Origin: an uncultured Anaerolineales bacterium | Lineage (GTDB): Bacteria > Chloroflexota > Anaerolineae > B4-G1 > SLSP01 | Assembly: GCA_964650935.1 (NCBI GenBank) | Contig: CAZYYC010000004.1 | Location: 4,008-42,751, forward strand | Direction: 5' to 3' | DNA: 38,744 nucleotides | Shown: in pieces, positions 1-8,346 of the stretch | Position numbering within the stretch: the stretch's first letter is position 1 | Layout: each line of letters starts with the position of its first letter | Notes under the pieces: generated by a model | Database searches by the model: none | What the model was told of the DNA's origin: nothing | Seen by the model: only the letters and a program-made list of their open reading frames with translations | Translations under genes and position numbers: made by a program

Positions 1-77
1 GCACCCAGGCTCACAAACGTCATCCCCATCCCCCACAACGTGAGCCGCAGCGCATCTCCCAACAAATCCGCCATCAT
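1..77 (-). CDS. OadG/MmdD-like Na+-pumping decarboxylase gamma/delta subunit, 5' part (runs off the left edge)
   Basis: Manual translation from ATG 77: MMADLLGDALRLTLWGMGMTFVSLG..., matching the OadG N-terminal TM pattern (GMGxxF). It starts 26 nt after the carboxyltransferase stop and is not in the ORF track. Confidence 0.7.
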   Translation of the reverse strand, partial: MMADLLGDALRLTLWGMGMTFVSLG

Positions 78-103
78 CCCGTCCTGTCCATCCCCACCGG
101 CCC

Positions 104-1654
104 CTAGACCGGCATCACCCCATGCTTCTTCGGCGGCACCGCCCGCATCTGCTCCCGCAGCACCCGCAGCGCCCCGATCAACACCGGCCGCGTCTGCGCC
201 GGCTCAATCACATCATCCACAATCCCCCGCCGCGCCGCATAATACGGATCCGCATACCTCGCCCGATAGTCCGCCGCCAACTCCGCCCGCAGCCCCTCCG
301 CATCCTCCGCCGCCGCCAGCTCCCGCCGGTGCAGCACCGCCACCGCCCCCTCCGGCCCCATCACCGCGATCTCCGCCGACGGCCACGCCACATGCACATC
401 CGCCCCCAGGCTCTTCGACCCCATCACAATGTACGCCCCACCATACCCCTTCCGCGTCACCACCGAGATCTTCGGCACCGTCGCCTCTACGTAAGCGTAG
501 ATAATCTTCGCCCCGTGGCGGATAATCCCCCCGTGCTCCTGCGCCACCCCCGGCAAAAACCCCGGCGAATCCGCAAACGTGATAACAGGCAGATTGAACG
601 CATCGCAGAACCGCACAAACCGCGCAATCTTGTCCGACGCATCGATATCAATCGCCCCCGCCAGCACCAGCGGCTGCTGCGCCACCACCCCCACCGCCTG
701 CCCGTCCAACCGCGCCAGCCCCACAATCGCATTCTGCGCCCACCCCTCCTGCACCTCCAACCAGCTCCCCCGGTCCACCACCAACCCGATCACCTCGGCC
801 ATATCGTACGGCACGTTCGGCGCCTCCGGCACCATCGCGTTCAGCGCTGCCTCCGTCCGCTGCGGATCATCGTCCGCCGCCGTCACCGGCGCCGCCTCCG
901 CATTGTTCGCCGGCAAATACCCCAACAACCGCCGCACCAACCCCAGCGCCTCACCCTCATCCCGCCCCATGAAGTGCGCCACACCGCTCACGCCGGTATG
1001 CACCCGCGCCCCCCCCAGCCCCTCATGGTCGATCTCCTCCCCCGTCACCGACTTCACCACCTCCGGCCCCGTGATGAACATCATCGAGCTCTTATCCGTC
1101 ATCACCACGAAATCCGTCAGCGCCGGACTGTACGCCGCCCCCCCCGCGCACGGCCCCAAAATCACCGAGATCTGCGGCACCACCCCCGACGCCAGCGCAT
1201 TCTGCCGGAACACCTCCCCATACCCCTGCAGCGCCGCCACCCCCTCCTGGATCCGCGCCCCACCCGAATCCAACAGCCCGATGATCGGCCACCCATTGTG
1301 CAGCGCCATCGCCTGCACCTGCACAATCTTCCGCGCGTGCGCCAGCGACACCGACCCCCCATACACCGTGAAGTCCTGCGCATACACACACACCGCCCGC
1401 CCGTCGATCGTCCCGTATCCTGTCACCACCCCGTCGCCCGGGATCGCCCCCTCATCCTCCGGGTGCGCCACGCTAAACGGCTGCAGCTCGTGAAAGGAAC
1501 CGCCGTCCAGCAGCTCGGTAATCCGCTCCCGCGCCGTCATCTTCCCCTTCCCGTGCTGCCGATCGATGCGCTCCTGCCCCCCACCCAACCGAGCGAGGTT
1601 CTTCTGCTCCCTCAATGTCTCCAGACGCGGATCCCCATTCTGACTCACGCACAC
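104..1654 (-). CDS. Acyl-CoA carboxylase/decarboxylase carboxyltransferase subunit (PccB/MmdA family)
   Basis: 516 aa with GKMTARERI, QDFTVYGGS, DSGGARIQEG, GPCAGGAAYSPALTDF, PGFLPG and KKHG motifs. The start may be GTG 1654 or 1648. Confidence 0.93.
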   Translation of the reverse strand: MCVSQNGDPRLETLREQKNLARLGGGQERIDRQHGKGKMTARERITELLDGGSFHELQPFSVAHPEDEGAIPGDGVVTGYGTIDGRAVCVYAQDFTVYGGSVSLAHARKIVQVQAMALHNGWPIIGLLDSGGARIQEGVAALQGYGEVFRQNALASGVVPQISVILGPCAGGAAYSPALTDFVVMTDKSSMMFITGPEVVKSVTGEEIDHEGLGGARVHTGVSGVAHFMGRDEGEALGLVRRLLGYLPANNAEAAPVTAADDDPQRTEAALNAMVPEAPNVPYDMAEVIGLVVDRGSWLEVQEGWAQNAIVGLARLDGQAVGVVAQQPLVLAGAIDIDASDKIARFVRFCDAFNLPVITFADSPGFLPGVAQEHGGIIRHGAKIIYAYVEATVPKISVVTRKGYGGAYIVMGSKSLGADVHVAWPSAEIAVMGPEGAVAVLHRRELAAAEDAEGLRAELAADYRARYADPYYAARRGIVDDVIEPAQTRPVLIGALRVLREQMRAVPPKKHGVMPV

Positions 1655-1734
1655 CCCCTACCTTTGCAGCCCTCTGACGGCCTTCCTCATCGCAGCTCCT
1701 CTAGGAGCCCTACACCCATCATCAACGCACTATC

Positions 1735-2439
1735 CTACGGCTTGACACCGACATGGATCGCCACGGTGCCGGCCATCATCGTTCGCCACGTCACCTCTTG
1801 CAGTCCGGCCCGCACCATCTTCTCAGCCACGATGGCGGGTTCGACGAACCTACGTACTGAGTGAGGGAGATATCGATAGGGCCCCCAAGCTCGAGCGGTC
1901 AGCCCCCCCAGGAGCGGCGGCATCCCATAGAAGTAGAGCCCGAACAACCAACGCATCGGAAATCGCCGCGGCCACGTGATCTCCAGGCAGACCACGCGTC
2001 CCCCTGAGCGGGTCACGCGCACCTGCTCAGAAAAAGCCACATCGACATCCGGCACATTCCGCATCATGAAGGCCGAGGTAACCGCATCGAACGTCCCGTC
2101 GGCGAAGGCCAACGCTAATCCGTCACTGACCACCCAGGGAAGGCTAAGCCCTGCGGACTTCGCCTGTGCCTGACGGAGCATCGCCGGCGTCAGATCCGCA
2201 CCCACGACGCGCGGTCGTGCATCGTCGTCCAGGGCCATCAACGCCATATCGCCGGTACCTGTCGCGACGTCGAGACAGATCCCGCCTGGCGGAAGCTGAG
2301 CCATCTCCAACGCAGCCCGCCGCCAGCGCTGATCCTGCCCTAGAGAGATCAGGCGGTTCACGCGATCATAGTGCGCAGCGATGCGCGTAAAGAGATCGCG
2401 GATGGACCGCTTCTGATGCCGATCGGCTTCAACTGACAA
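1735..2439 (-). CDS. menG: Demethylmenaquinone methyltransferase (UbiE/MenG family)
   Basis: F..IA.HYDRVNRLISLG.D.RWR, LDVATGTGD SAM motif, GGRVVCLE, YRYLPHSV. Confidence 0.88.
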   Translation of the reverse strand: MSVEADRHQKRSIRDLFTRIAAHYDRVNRLISLGQDQRWRRAALEMAQLPPGGICLDVATGTGDMALMALDDDARPRVVGADLTPAMLRQAQAKSAGLSLPWVVSDGLALAFADGTFDAVTSAFMMRNVPDVDVAFSEQVRVTRSGGRVVCLEITWPRRFPMRWLFGLYFYGMPPLLGGLTARAWGPYRYLPHSVRRFVEPAIVAEKMVRAGLQEVTWRTMMAGTVAIHVGVKP

Positions 2440-2507
2440 GGTTCATCATCCTCAACGTAGGCTTCCGCGCCATGGCAGCCGCGAACTGACTGCTTTGCGG
2501 CACTGGC

Positions 2508-2513
2508 ATTATA
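2508..2513 (-). promoter_or_regulatory. -10 box (TATAAT) upstream of menG
   Basis: Perfect TATAAT about 70 nt upstream of the start. No clear -35. Confidence 0.45.
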
Positions 2514-2580
2514 GTCTGCCGGCTAGGTGGGCCGTAGTGGGAAGTGTCACTTCAGGAAACGATGAGTTGCACCTATGGCC

Positions 2581-3090
2581 TCAACGCACAGCACGCGGCA
2601 GGCCCAGGTCCAGTGCATCGAGATAGGTGACCCAACCGGTGATCATCTCAGCGGGGATCTCAACAGCAACGGGGATATCAAGCTCAAGGGGATAGGTCAT
2701 CGAAACCGGTACGCTGACGGAGATGGGGATCTCGAACGTCTCACTAATCGGAATCACGGCGTTGACGGGGACGGCGACCGACTGCCGCCCCAAGATCGGG
2801 ATGTTGATGTAGGTATTGACCACCGTCGACAGCGTGTAGTCTAACTCGAACGGAACCGTAAGCGTATCACTGAAGGAGACCGTCGTGCGGATCGGGATCT
2901 CCTCATCGATCGCGACCGAGATGACCATCGGCTCGCTTTCCAGTGAGAGGAGGGCATCACGCGCAGTATCGCGCGCTTGATTCAGCGTTTTCTCTGCCCC
3001 TATCAGACTGTGGATGAGGAAAACGTTACCGGCAAGCGAAGCAAGGACCAACACGCTGATCAGCACACGCCATCCATGGACCCACTTCAT
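2581..3090 (-). CDS. Hypothetical protein with N-terminal membrane anchor, short coiled segment and Val/Ile/Pro-rich beta region
   Basis: 169 aa. RBS AGGAGG; ATGA overlap with the upstream pyrD-like stop. Confidence 0.8.
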   Translation of the reverse strand: MKWVHGWRVLISVLVLASLAGNVFLIHSLIGAEKTLNQARDTARDALLSLESEPMVISVAIDEEIPIRTTVSFSDTLTVPFELDYTLSTVVNTYINIPILGRQSVAVPVNAVIPISETFEIPISVSVPVSMTYPLELDIPVAVEIPAEMITGWVTYLDALDLGLPRAVR

Positions 3091-3995
3091 CGAACCTCCT
3101 CCTGCGCAGGCCTCTCCAGTGCTCGCGCAACGGCATTGAGCAGCGAGGGCTCGTGCCAGATCAGCGCATCAATCTGCACCGCAGCAGCGCCCAACGTCAG
3201 ACACGCCATAGCATCCTCAGCAGAGGCGATGCCACCACACGCGATCACCGGCACCGGCAGCTTCTGAGCCCAACGGGAGAGGATATTGAGCAACAGTGGG
3301 AAGAGTGCCCGCCCGTAGAGCCGTCCACGCAGATAGCGCGCAACACCAACCTCATCGCTCATCCCTTCTGTCTCGAGGCTCCACGCCTCAGCGGCGGATG
3401 GGCCCTCCATCGCGATCGGCACGACCGCCCGTGGCGGCGCCGTCAACGTCAGTGCATCCGCACCCTGCCGAGCGAGAAACGGTGCCAGGTCGTCCACACG
3501 ATCGAAAGGAATCTGCGCGATGACGGGCAGGTCGCCCTCCGTCGCCGCCGCTGCGACCATCTCAACCGCCTGACGGCGAGAGACACTGGCCACAAATCCC
3601 AGCTCGACGCCTCCCACCCCTGTCACGGCTGACAACAACGCGGCAGCTTGAGCGGTCTCGGCAGCGGAGCCGGCGAGGAGATGAACGATGACAGGCACAG
3701 AAAGTCGCTCCCACGTCTCGCGAACCTCGCGAAGAAGCCGCCTCAGACCCGGATTGGGCCACCCGGTATGCACAACCAACGTATCACCCCGGACGGCGAT
3801 CCGCTGCCCATGGGCCGCCCGTCGAGGACGCATGCTCACAGGATTCGTGACAATCGCCCCTAAAAGCGATGGATCCACCCAATCGACATAGGCATCACCG
3901 TAGCCAAACGTCCCGGCGGCGGGCATCACCGGACCCGGGATCGCGAGTCCATACTTATGGCGTGGAGCGAGTTCGATCATCGGCGTTGGACTCAC
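3087..3995 (-). CDS. Divergent dihydroorotate dehydrogenase-like FMN TIM-barrel protein (PyrD family 1-like)
   Basis: Has PVMPAAGTFGYG, GAIVT, GWPNPG, PVIACGGI and GAAAVQI, but lacks the NxSCPN loop. Start placed at GTG 3995 (GTGA overlap with the pyrK-like stop). Confidence 0.8.
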   Translation of the reverse strand: MSPTPMIELAPRHKYGLAIPGPVMPAAGTFGYGDAYVDWVDPSLLGAIVTNPVSMRPRRAAHGQRIAVRGDTLVVHTGWPNPGLRRLLREVRETWERLSVPVIVHLLAGSAAETAQAAALLSAVTGVGGVELGFVASVSRRQAVEMVAAAATEGDLPVIAQIPFDRVDDLAPFLARQGADALTLTAPPRAVVPIAMEGPSAAEAWSLETEGMSDEVGVARYLRGRLYGRALFPLLLNILSRWAQKLPVPVIACGGIASAEDAMACLTLGAAAVQIDALIWHEPSLLNAVARALERPAQEEVR

Positions 3996-4792
3996 AGGGG
4001 CAGAAAGTCCAACAGGTCGAGAACCGGCCCATCGACGCACGTCCGGACTTCGCCGTGAGACGTAGCCACTCGGCACACATCACACGCCCCCACGCCGCAG
4101 GGCATGGGCACGCGGACCAGCGCCTGAGCAAAATCGGGGAAGGGCTGTAACCGCACCCGTTTCACGATCGTCGCCAACGCAGGATAAGTCTCCGGGTCGT
4201 GCGCCACGCAGATACACTCAGCCCAGGCGATCAGTTCGCACAACCGCGTATCGACGCGCTCCAGGCCAGCCGGGGCGACGGTCGAGTCTTCAACCGACCC
4301 GACCAAAGGACCGAGATAGCCGGTTGACCCATCTAGGGTCACATGGACCAGCTCCAACGCAGGGGGGAACCTGGCGGGCGAAGGAAGCTGGGCCCTGGTG
4401 GTGGCCTCCACCACCAGCACCACTGAAGCGGCGGCTTCGTAGAGCGGTGCGAGCAGGGACAGCGCCTCCACCTTGGCAATCAGCAGCAGGCGAGCAAGCG
4501 GGTGTCCTGCAGGTGCAAGCCGAAATCCCCGCCCTAGCGGGCCCAGGACATCGACTTTGGCACCGGGCAGCAGACGAGTCGCAGGGTGCCCCGGCGCCAC
4601 CACCGTCGCGAATCCCTCTTCATCGATGGCACAGGGGAAGAGCGCTTCGCGCATCGGATCACCAAAGTCGGCCAGCACGTACTCCCCCGGCCCGGGGACC
4701 TGTGATGGCGCACCATCTAACGCCAGGTAGAGCCCCCAGGCCGGCGGGTCCGGACGTGCATAGCGGAGCGTGGCGATCTGACGCCTAGCCAA
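3992..4792 (-). CDS. Divergent PyrK-like electron-transfer subunit with C-terminal 2Fe-2S site
   Basis: Has PGEYV, GPLGRGF, TLDGSTG and MPCGVGACDVC...TCVDGPV. Probable TTG start at 4792 overlapping the lpdA stop; the ORF-track start at 4885 lies inside lpdA. Confidence 0.8.
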   Translation of the reverse strand: MARRQIATLRYARPDPPAWGLYLALDGAPSQVPGPGEYVLADFGDPMREALFPCAIDEEGFATVVAPGHPATRLLPGAKVDVLGPLGRGFRLAPAGHPLARLLLIAKVEALSLLAPLYEAAASVVLVVEATTRAQLPSPARFPPALELVHVTLDGSTGYLGPLVGSVEDSTVAPAGLERVDTRLCELIAWAECICVAHDPETYPALATIVKRVRLQPFPDFAQALVRVPMPCGVGACDVCRVATSHGEVRTCVDGPVLDLLDFLPL

Positions 4793-6191
4793 CGTTATGG
4801 ATAGCTGCGCCGAAGACGGCGTGAGCCGCCTCCATGACGGCCTCATTGAGTGTAGGGTGCGCGTGCACCGTGCGGGCGACCTCATCGGCAGTTAGCTCTG
4901 CCTTGGCCGCGAGCACTAACTCCGGCAGGATCTCCGTCGCCTCAGGACCGACGATGACGCCGCCGACAATCTCGTGCGTTGCGGCATCCGAGATCACCTT
5001 GACGAAGCCGACGTTCTCGCCCAAGGCCAGCGCTTTGCCGTTAGGTAGGAAGGGGAAGCTACCCACAGCGACCTCGGAGAGCTTCTCCCGCGCCTCTGCC
5101 TCATTCATACCAAACGAGGCCACCTGAGGCGACGTGTACGTGCCCCGCGGGACGAAACGCAGATCAAAGGGCGCAGGATCGTGTCCAGCGATCATCTCCG
5201 CAGCCAGAATGCCCTGGGCCATCGCGACATGCGCAAGCGGCATCTGTCCGTTCAGGTCACCAATTGCATAAATGTTGGAAACGCTGGTCCGCATATAGTC
5301 ATCGGCCTTGACCCACCCGCGCTCTGTCTCCACGCCCACAGCCTCGAGCCCGAGATCCTCGCTATTGGGCTGCACGCCGATGGCGACCAGCGTCACCTCC
5401 GCCTCCAACGTCTCTTCCCCCTTGGGCCCGGCAACATCCACACGGACACCGCTGTCGGTCAGAGAGATGCCCTCGACGCGTGTGGAGGTCTGCACCTTGA
5501 TCTTCTGACGGCGCAGGTACCGCCCCAACTCACCGGCTGCGTCAGCATCCTCAGCGGGGAGGATCTGGTCCATCATCTCCACGACTCGGACCTCAGCGCC
5601 GTACGCACGCCAAATCGTGGCAAACTCAAGGCCGATGGGCCCTGCACCGATCACAATGGCCGATGCCGGCAGTTCGCGGCGAGCCAGCGCGTGACGATAG
5701 GTGAGCACGCGCTCGCCATCCACCTCAACACCCGGAATCGACCGCGCACGCGCCCCGGTCGCCAGGATCACCGCGCCGGCCTCAAGCGTCTGAGTCCCCC
5801 CGTCGGACAATCCGACCTCAACCTCTTTCGGTGACGCCAGCCGACCTACTCCCTCGAACACGGTGATGTCGTTGCCCTTCATGAGGGCACCCACACCCTT
5901 CACCAGACGATCGGAGACTTTGCGGCTACGCTCCACTGCCGCGTCGTAGTCGAGCGTCACATTCTCTGCCCTGAAGCCATACTCCTTCCCACCGCCCGTG
6001 ATGAGGCGTGCCACCTCCGCGTTGCGTAACAGCGCCTTAGTCGGGATACATCCCCAGTTCAAGCAGATCCCACCGAGGCTCTCGCGCTCAACCAGGGCCA
6101 CGCGCAGCCCAAGCTGTTTCGCACGGATCGCTGCCACGTAACCTCCGGGCCCGCCCCCGATCACCACGACATCGAACACCGATTCTGTCAC
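4785..6191 (-). CDS. lpdA: Dihydrolipoyl dehydrogenase
   Basis: GGGPGGY, redox disulfide GGICLNWGCIPTK, GAGPIGLE and HAHPTLNE. GTG start overlaps the cmk TGA. Confidence 0.93.
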   Translation of the reverse strand: MTESVFDVVVIGGGPGGYVAAIRAKQLGLRVALVERESLGGICLNWGCIPTKALLRNAEVARLITGGGKEYGFRAENVTLDYDAAVERSRKVSDRLVKGVGALMKGNDITVFEGVGRLASPKEVEVGLSDGGTQTLEAGAVILATGARARSIPGVEVDGERVLTYRHALARRELPASAIVIGAGPIGLEFATIWRAYGAEVRVVEMMDQILPAEDADAAGELGRYLRRQKIKVQTSTRVEGISLTDSGVRVDVAGPKGEETLEAEVTLVAIGVQPNSEDLGLEAVGVETERGWVKADDYMRTSVSNIYAIGDLNGQMPLAHVAMAQGILAAEMIAGHDPAPFDLRFVPRGTYTSPQVASFGMNEAEAREKLSEVAVGSFPFLPNGKALALGENVGFVKVISDAATHEIVGGVIVGPEATEILPELVLAAKAELTADEVARTVHAHPTLNEAVMEAAHAVFGAAIHNVG

Positions 6192-6904
6192 GTCTCGTCT
6201 CCTTGTGTGTCGCACGCGTTGACCAGTCTCACGACTTCATCAAACATCGCCTCAATCGAGAGCTCCGTTGTATCGAACAGAATAGCATCGGATGCAGGCC
6301 GCAACGGCGCCGTCTCACGCTGACTGTCAATGCGGTCGCGCTCGCGGATGCCCGCGAGCACCTTCTCATAGGTCACTGTGTCATCACAGCCGGACTGCCG
6401 GCACTTCGTCCGGATCTCCTGATAACGCCTCTCTGCCCGCGCCTCAGCGGACGCCACCACATAGAGCTTGAGATCGGCATCGGGAATCACGACCGTCCCG
6501 ATGTCGCGCCCTACCATAACCACGCGACCACGTCCGGCAATCTCGCGCATCCGCCGGGTCAGCGCATCACGGACTCCGGCGTAGGCGGACACGATCGAGA
6601 CCGCACCCTCTACTCGCGATGAGCGGATCTCCCACGTCACGTCCTGTCCATCCACGCGCACCGTATACTGACGCCCATCGTCCACGTTGATGGGGAGCAC
6701 CTGGATATCCACCTCTTGGGCGCATTGTGTGACCGACACTTCATCCTCGACATCCAGCCCGTGCGCCTGAACGGCCCACGTTGCAGCTCGGTAGAGGACA
6801 CCTGTGTCGAGAAACAGATAGTTCAGCTGCTCCGCCAGATGAAAGCCGATCGTGCTTTTCCCCGAAGCTGCCGGGCCGTCAATCGCGATCGTCGAGGGCT
6901 TCAT
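6188..6904 (-). CDS. cmk: Cytidylate kinase
   Basis: IAIDGPAASGKST, LDTGVLYRA, GRDIGTVV, RDRIDSQR..APL. Confidence 0.95.
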   Translation of the reverse strand: MKPSTIAIDGPAASGKSTIGFHLAEQLNYLFLDTGVLYRAATWAVQAHGLDVEDEVSVTQCAQEVDIQVLPINVDDGRQYTVRVDGQDVTWEIRSSRVEGAVSIVSAYAGVRDALTRRMREIAGRGRVVMVGRDIGTVVIPDADLKLYVVASAEARAERRYQEIRTKCRQSGCDDTVTYEKVLAGIRERDRIDSQRETAPLRPASDAILFDTTELSIEAMFDEVVRLVNACDTQGDET

Positions 6905-7818
6905 CGCCGATCGCGACGCCCACCGCGTCCCTGGGCTTTGCCTTGGGAGCGTCCACCCCGCGACGAGGAGCGGTTGCTGCCGGCTTTGCCCGAATGTGGG
7001 CGACCGGAAGCCGGCCTCCCGCCGCGCCCACCGCGACCCGAGCTCTTGGCCCGTTTTCCGGTCTTCGCGTCTTTCCGATCAGCGCCCACTTCTCGCTGCA
7101 GCAGCTGCACCTCTGGGCGACTAAGATAACGCCACTTTCCCGACGCCAGTGTGCCTAACTTCAGTGTCCCCATTGAGACCCGGATCAGGCGCTTGGACGG
7201 ATGGCCAAGGGCCGCGACCATGCGGCGAACCAGGTGCTTGCGCCCCTCGTGGACGGTGACCTCTAGCCATGTCTCGCCCCGCCGCTGATCCACGATGTCG
7301 ACGCTATCGAACCGTGTCGATCGATCATCGAGTGTGATGCCGCGCTTCCAGCGGTCAATCGTGTCGGCATCGGGCTCGCCTTCCACGAGGACCCGGTAGG
7401 TGCGCGGGTGCTCGTAGCGAGGGTGCGTCAGCCGTTGGGTCAGCGACCCATCGTTGGTCAACAGCAGAAGCCCCTCGCTGTCATAGTCGAGGCGCCCGAC
7501 CGGGTAGAGACGCGGTGGATCACCCCGCTTTGGTCTGGGTAGGGCAACCAAGTCAATCACCGTCTTGCGTCCGTGAGGATCCTGTGTTGAGGTGATCACG
7601 CCCCGAGGCTTGTTCAACATCACATAGACCCGCGGCTCGGGGCGGGGGATCGGCACCCCGTCGACGGTAATGCGCTGGGTCTCGGGATCAGCTTGATCCC
7701 CGAGCGTCGCGGTACGGCCATCGACGCGCACCCGCCCTGCCTCGATGATCTCCTCACAGCCACGCCGTGAGCCATAGCCTGCCTGAGCCAGTATTTTCTG
7801 TAGACGTTCATTTTCCAT
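6901..7818 (-). CDS. rluB: 23S rRNA pseudouridine synthase (RluB/RsuA family) with S4 domain and basic tail
   Basis: ERLQKILAQAG..SRR, NKPRG, YPVGRLDYDSEGLLLLTNDG, EGRKH.VRRM. Confidence 0.9.
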   Translation of the reverse strand: MENERLQKILAQAGYGSRRGCEEIIEAGRVRVDGRTATLGDQADPETQRITVDGVPIPRPEPRVYVMLNKPRGVITSTQDPHGRKTVIDLVALPRPKRGDPPRLYPVGRLDYDSEGLLLLTNDGSLTQRLTHPRYEHPRTYRVLVEGEPDADTIDRWKRGITLDDRSTRFDSVDIVDQRRGETWLEVTVHEGRKHLVRRMVAALGHPSKRLIRVSMGTLKLGTLASGKWRYLSRPEVQLLQREVGADRKDAKTGKRAKSSGRGGRGGRPASGRPHSGKAGSNRSSSRGGRSQGKAQGRGGRRDRR

Positions 7819-7826
7819 AGGAAGAC

Positions 7827-7832
7827 ATTATA
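7827..7832 (-). promoter_or_regulatory. -10 box (TATAAT) 8 nt upstream of the rluB ATG
   Basis: TATAAT-gtcttcct-ATG with no Shine-Dalgarno. Confidence 0.55.
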
Positions 7833-7857
7833 CCTGGAGTGGACATTATCGCGAGTT

Positions 7858-7885
7858 TTGACGCTTCCGACTTCTCCGCTATGAT
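7858..7885 (+). promoter_or_regulatory. Sigma70-type promoter for the membrane protein-dgt pair
   Basis: TTGACG-16 nt-TATGAT. Confidence 0.55.
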
Positions 7886-7920
7886 GGTGTCTAGGACTGA
7901 CGCTCGATACGGAGGCCCTT

Positions 7921-8331
7921 ATGATGCTCGAGTTCCTCTCCATTCTGATCTTCACCTTTGCTCTAGCCCTGCTCGGGCTGGGTGCGATCACCTGGTTCAT
8001 CGAGCGCGGTACCCGGCGCACGTTGGGGCTGTTGATGGTGATCTCGGCCATCATCATCGCGATGGGCTATGCTTTCTTGGGCAGCCGTTATGCCATCGCG
8101 CTCTTCGGTCGTCTGATCATCACCATCGACCTTCCCCGCCTTATGACAACCGCGATTGTCTATACCATCGGCGTGCTCTCGGGCTTTGGCTTGGCAGGTG
8201 GCGTCTTTCTGTGGATCTCCGGACGGCTCGTCAAACCGACCGGGCTCGAGCGCAAGCTTGCCATCTTCGTCACCGTCATCCTCATCATCGCCCTCGTGAT
8301 CAGCCTGATCGCAGTTCAGATCAGCAGATGA
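7921..8331 (+). CDS. Hypothetical integral membrane protein (about 4 TM)
   Basis: 136 aa, hydrophobic, RBS GGAGG, 15 nt upstream of dgt. Confidence 0.82.
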   Translation: MMLEFLSILIFTFALALLGLGAITWFIERGTRRTLGLLMVISAIIIAMGYAFLGSRYAIALFGRLIITIDLPRLMTTAIVYTIGVLSGFGLAGGVFLWISGRLVKPTGLERKLAIFVTVILIIALVISLIAVQISR

Positions 8332-8346
8332 AGGGAGTGTATCGCC

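Noticed and set aside
40-504. Pro-rich 154-aa ORF
   Set aside because: An artefact of the C-rich strand opposite the carboxyltransferase gene.
2445-2510. Cyclic-di-GMP-I riboswitch in the menG leader (CGCAAAGC)
   Set aside because: The GGCAAAC/GAAA P2 element is missing, and the other partial match lies on the opposite strand.
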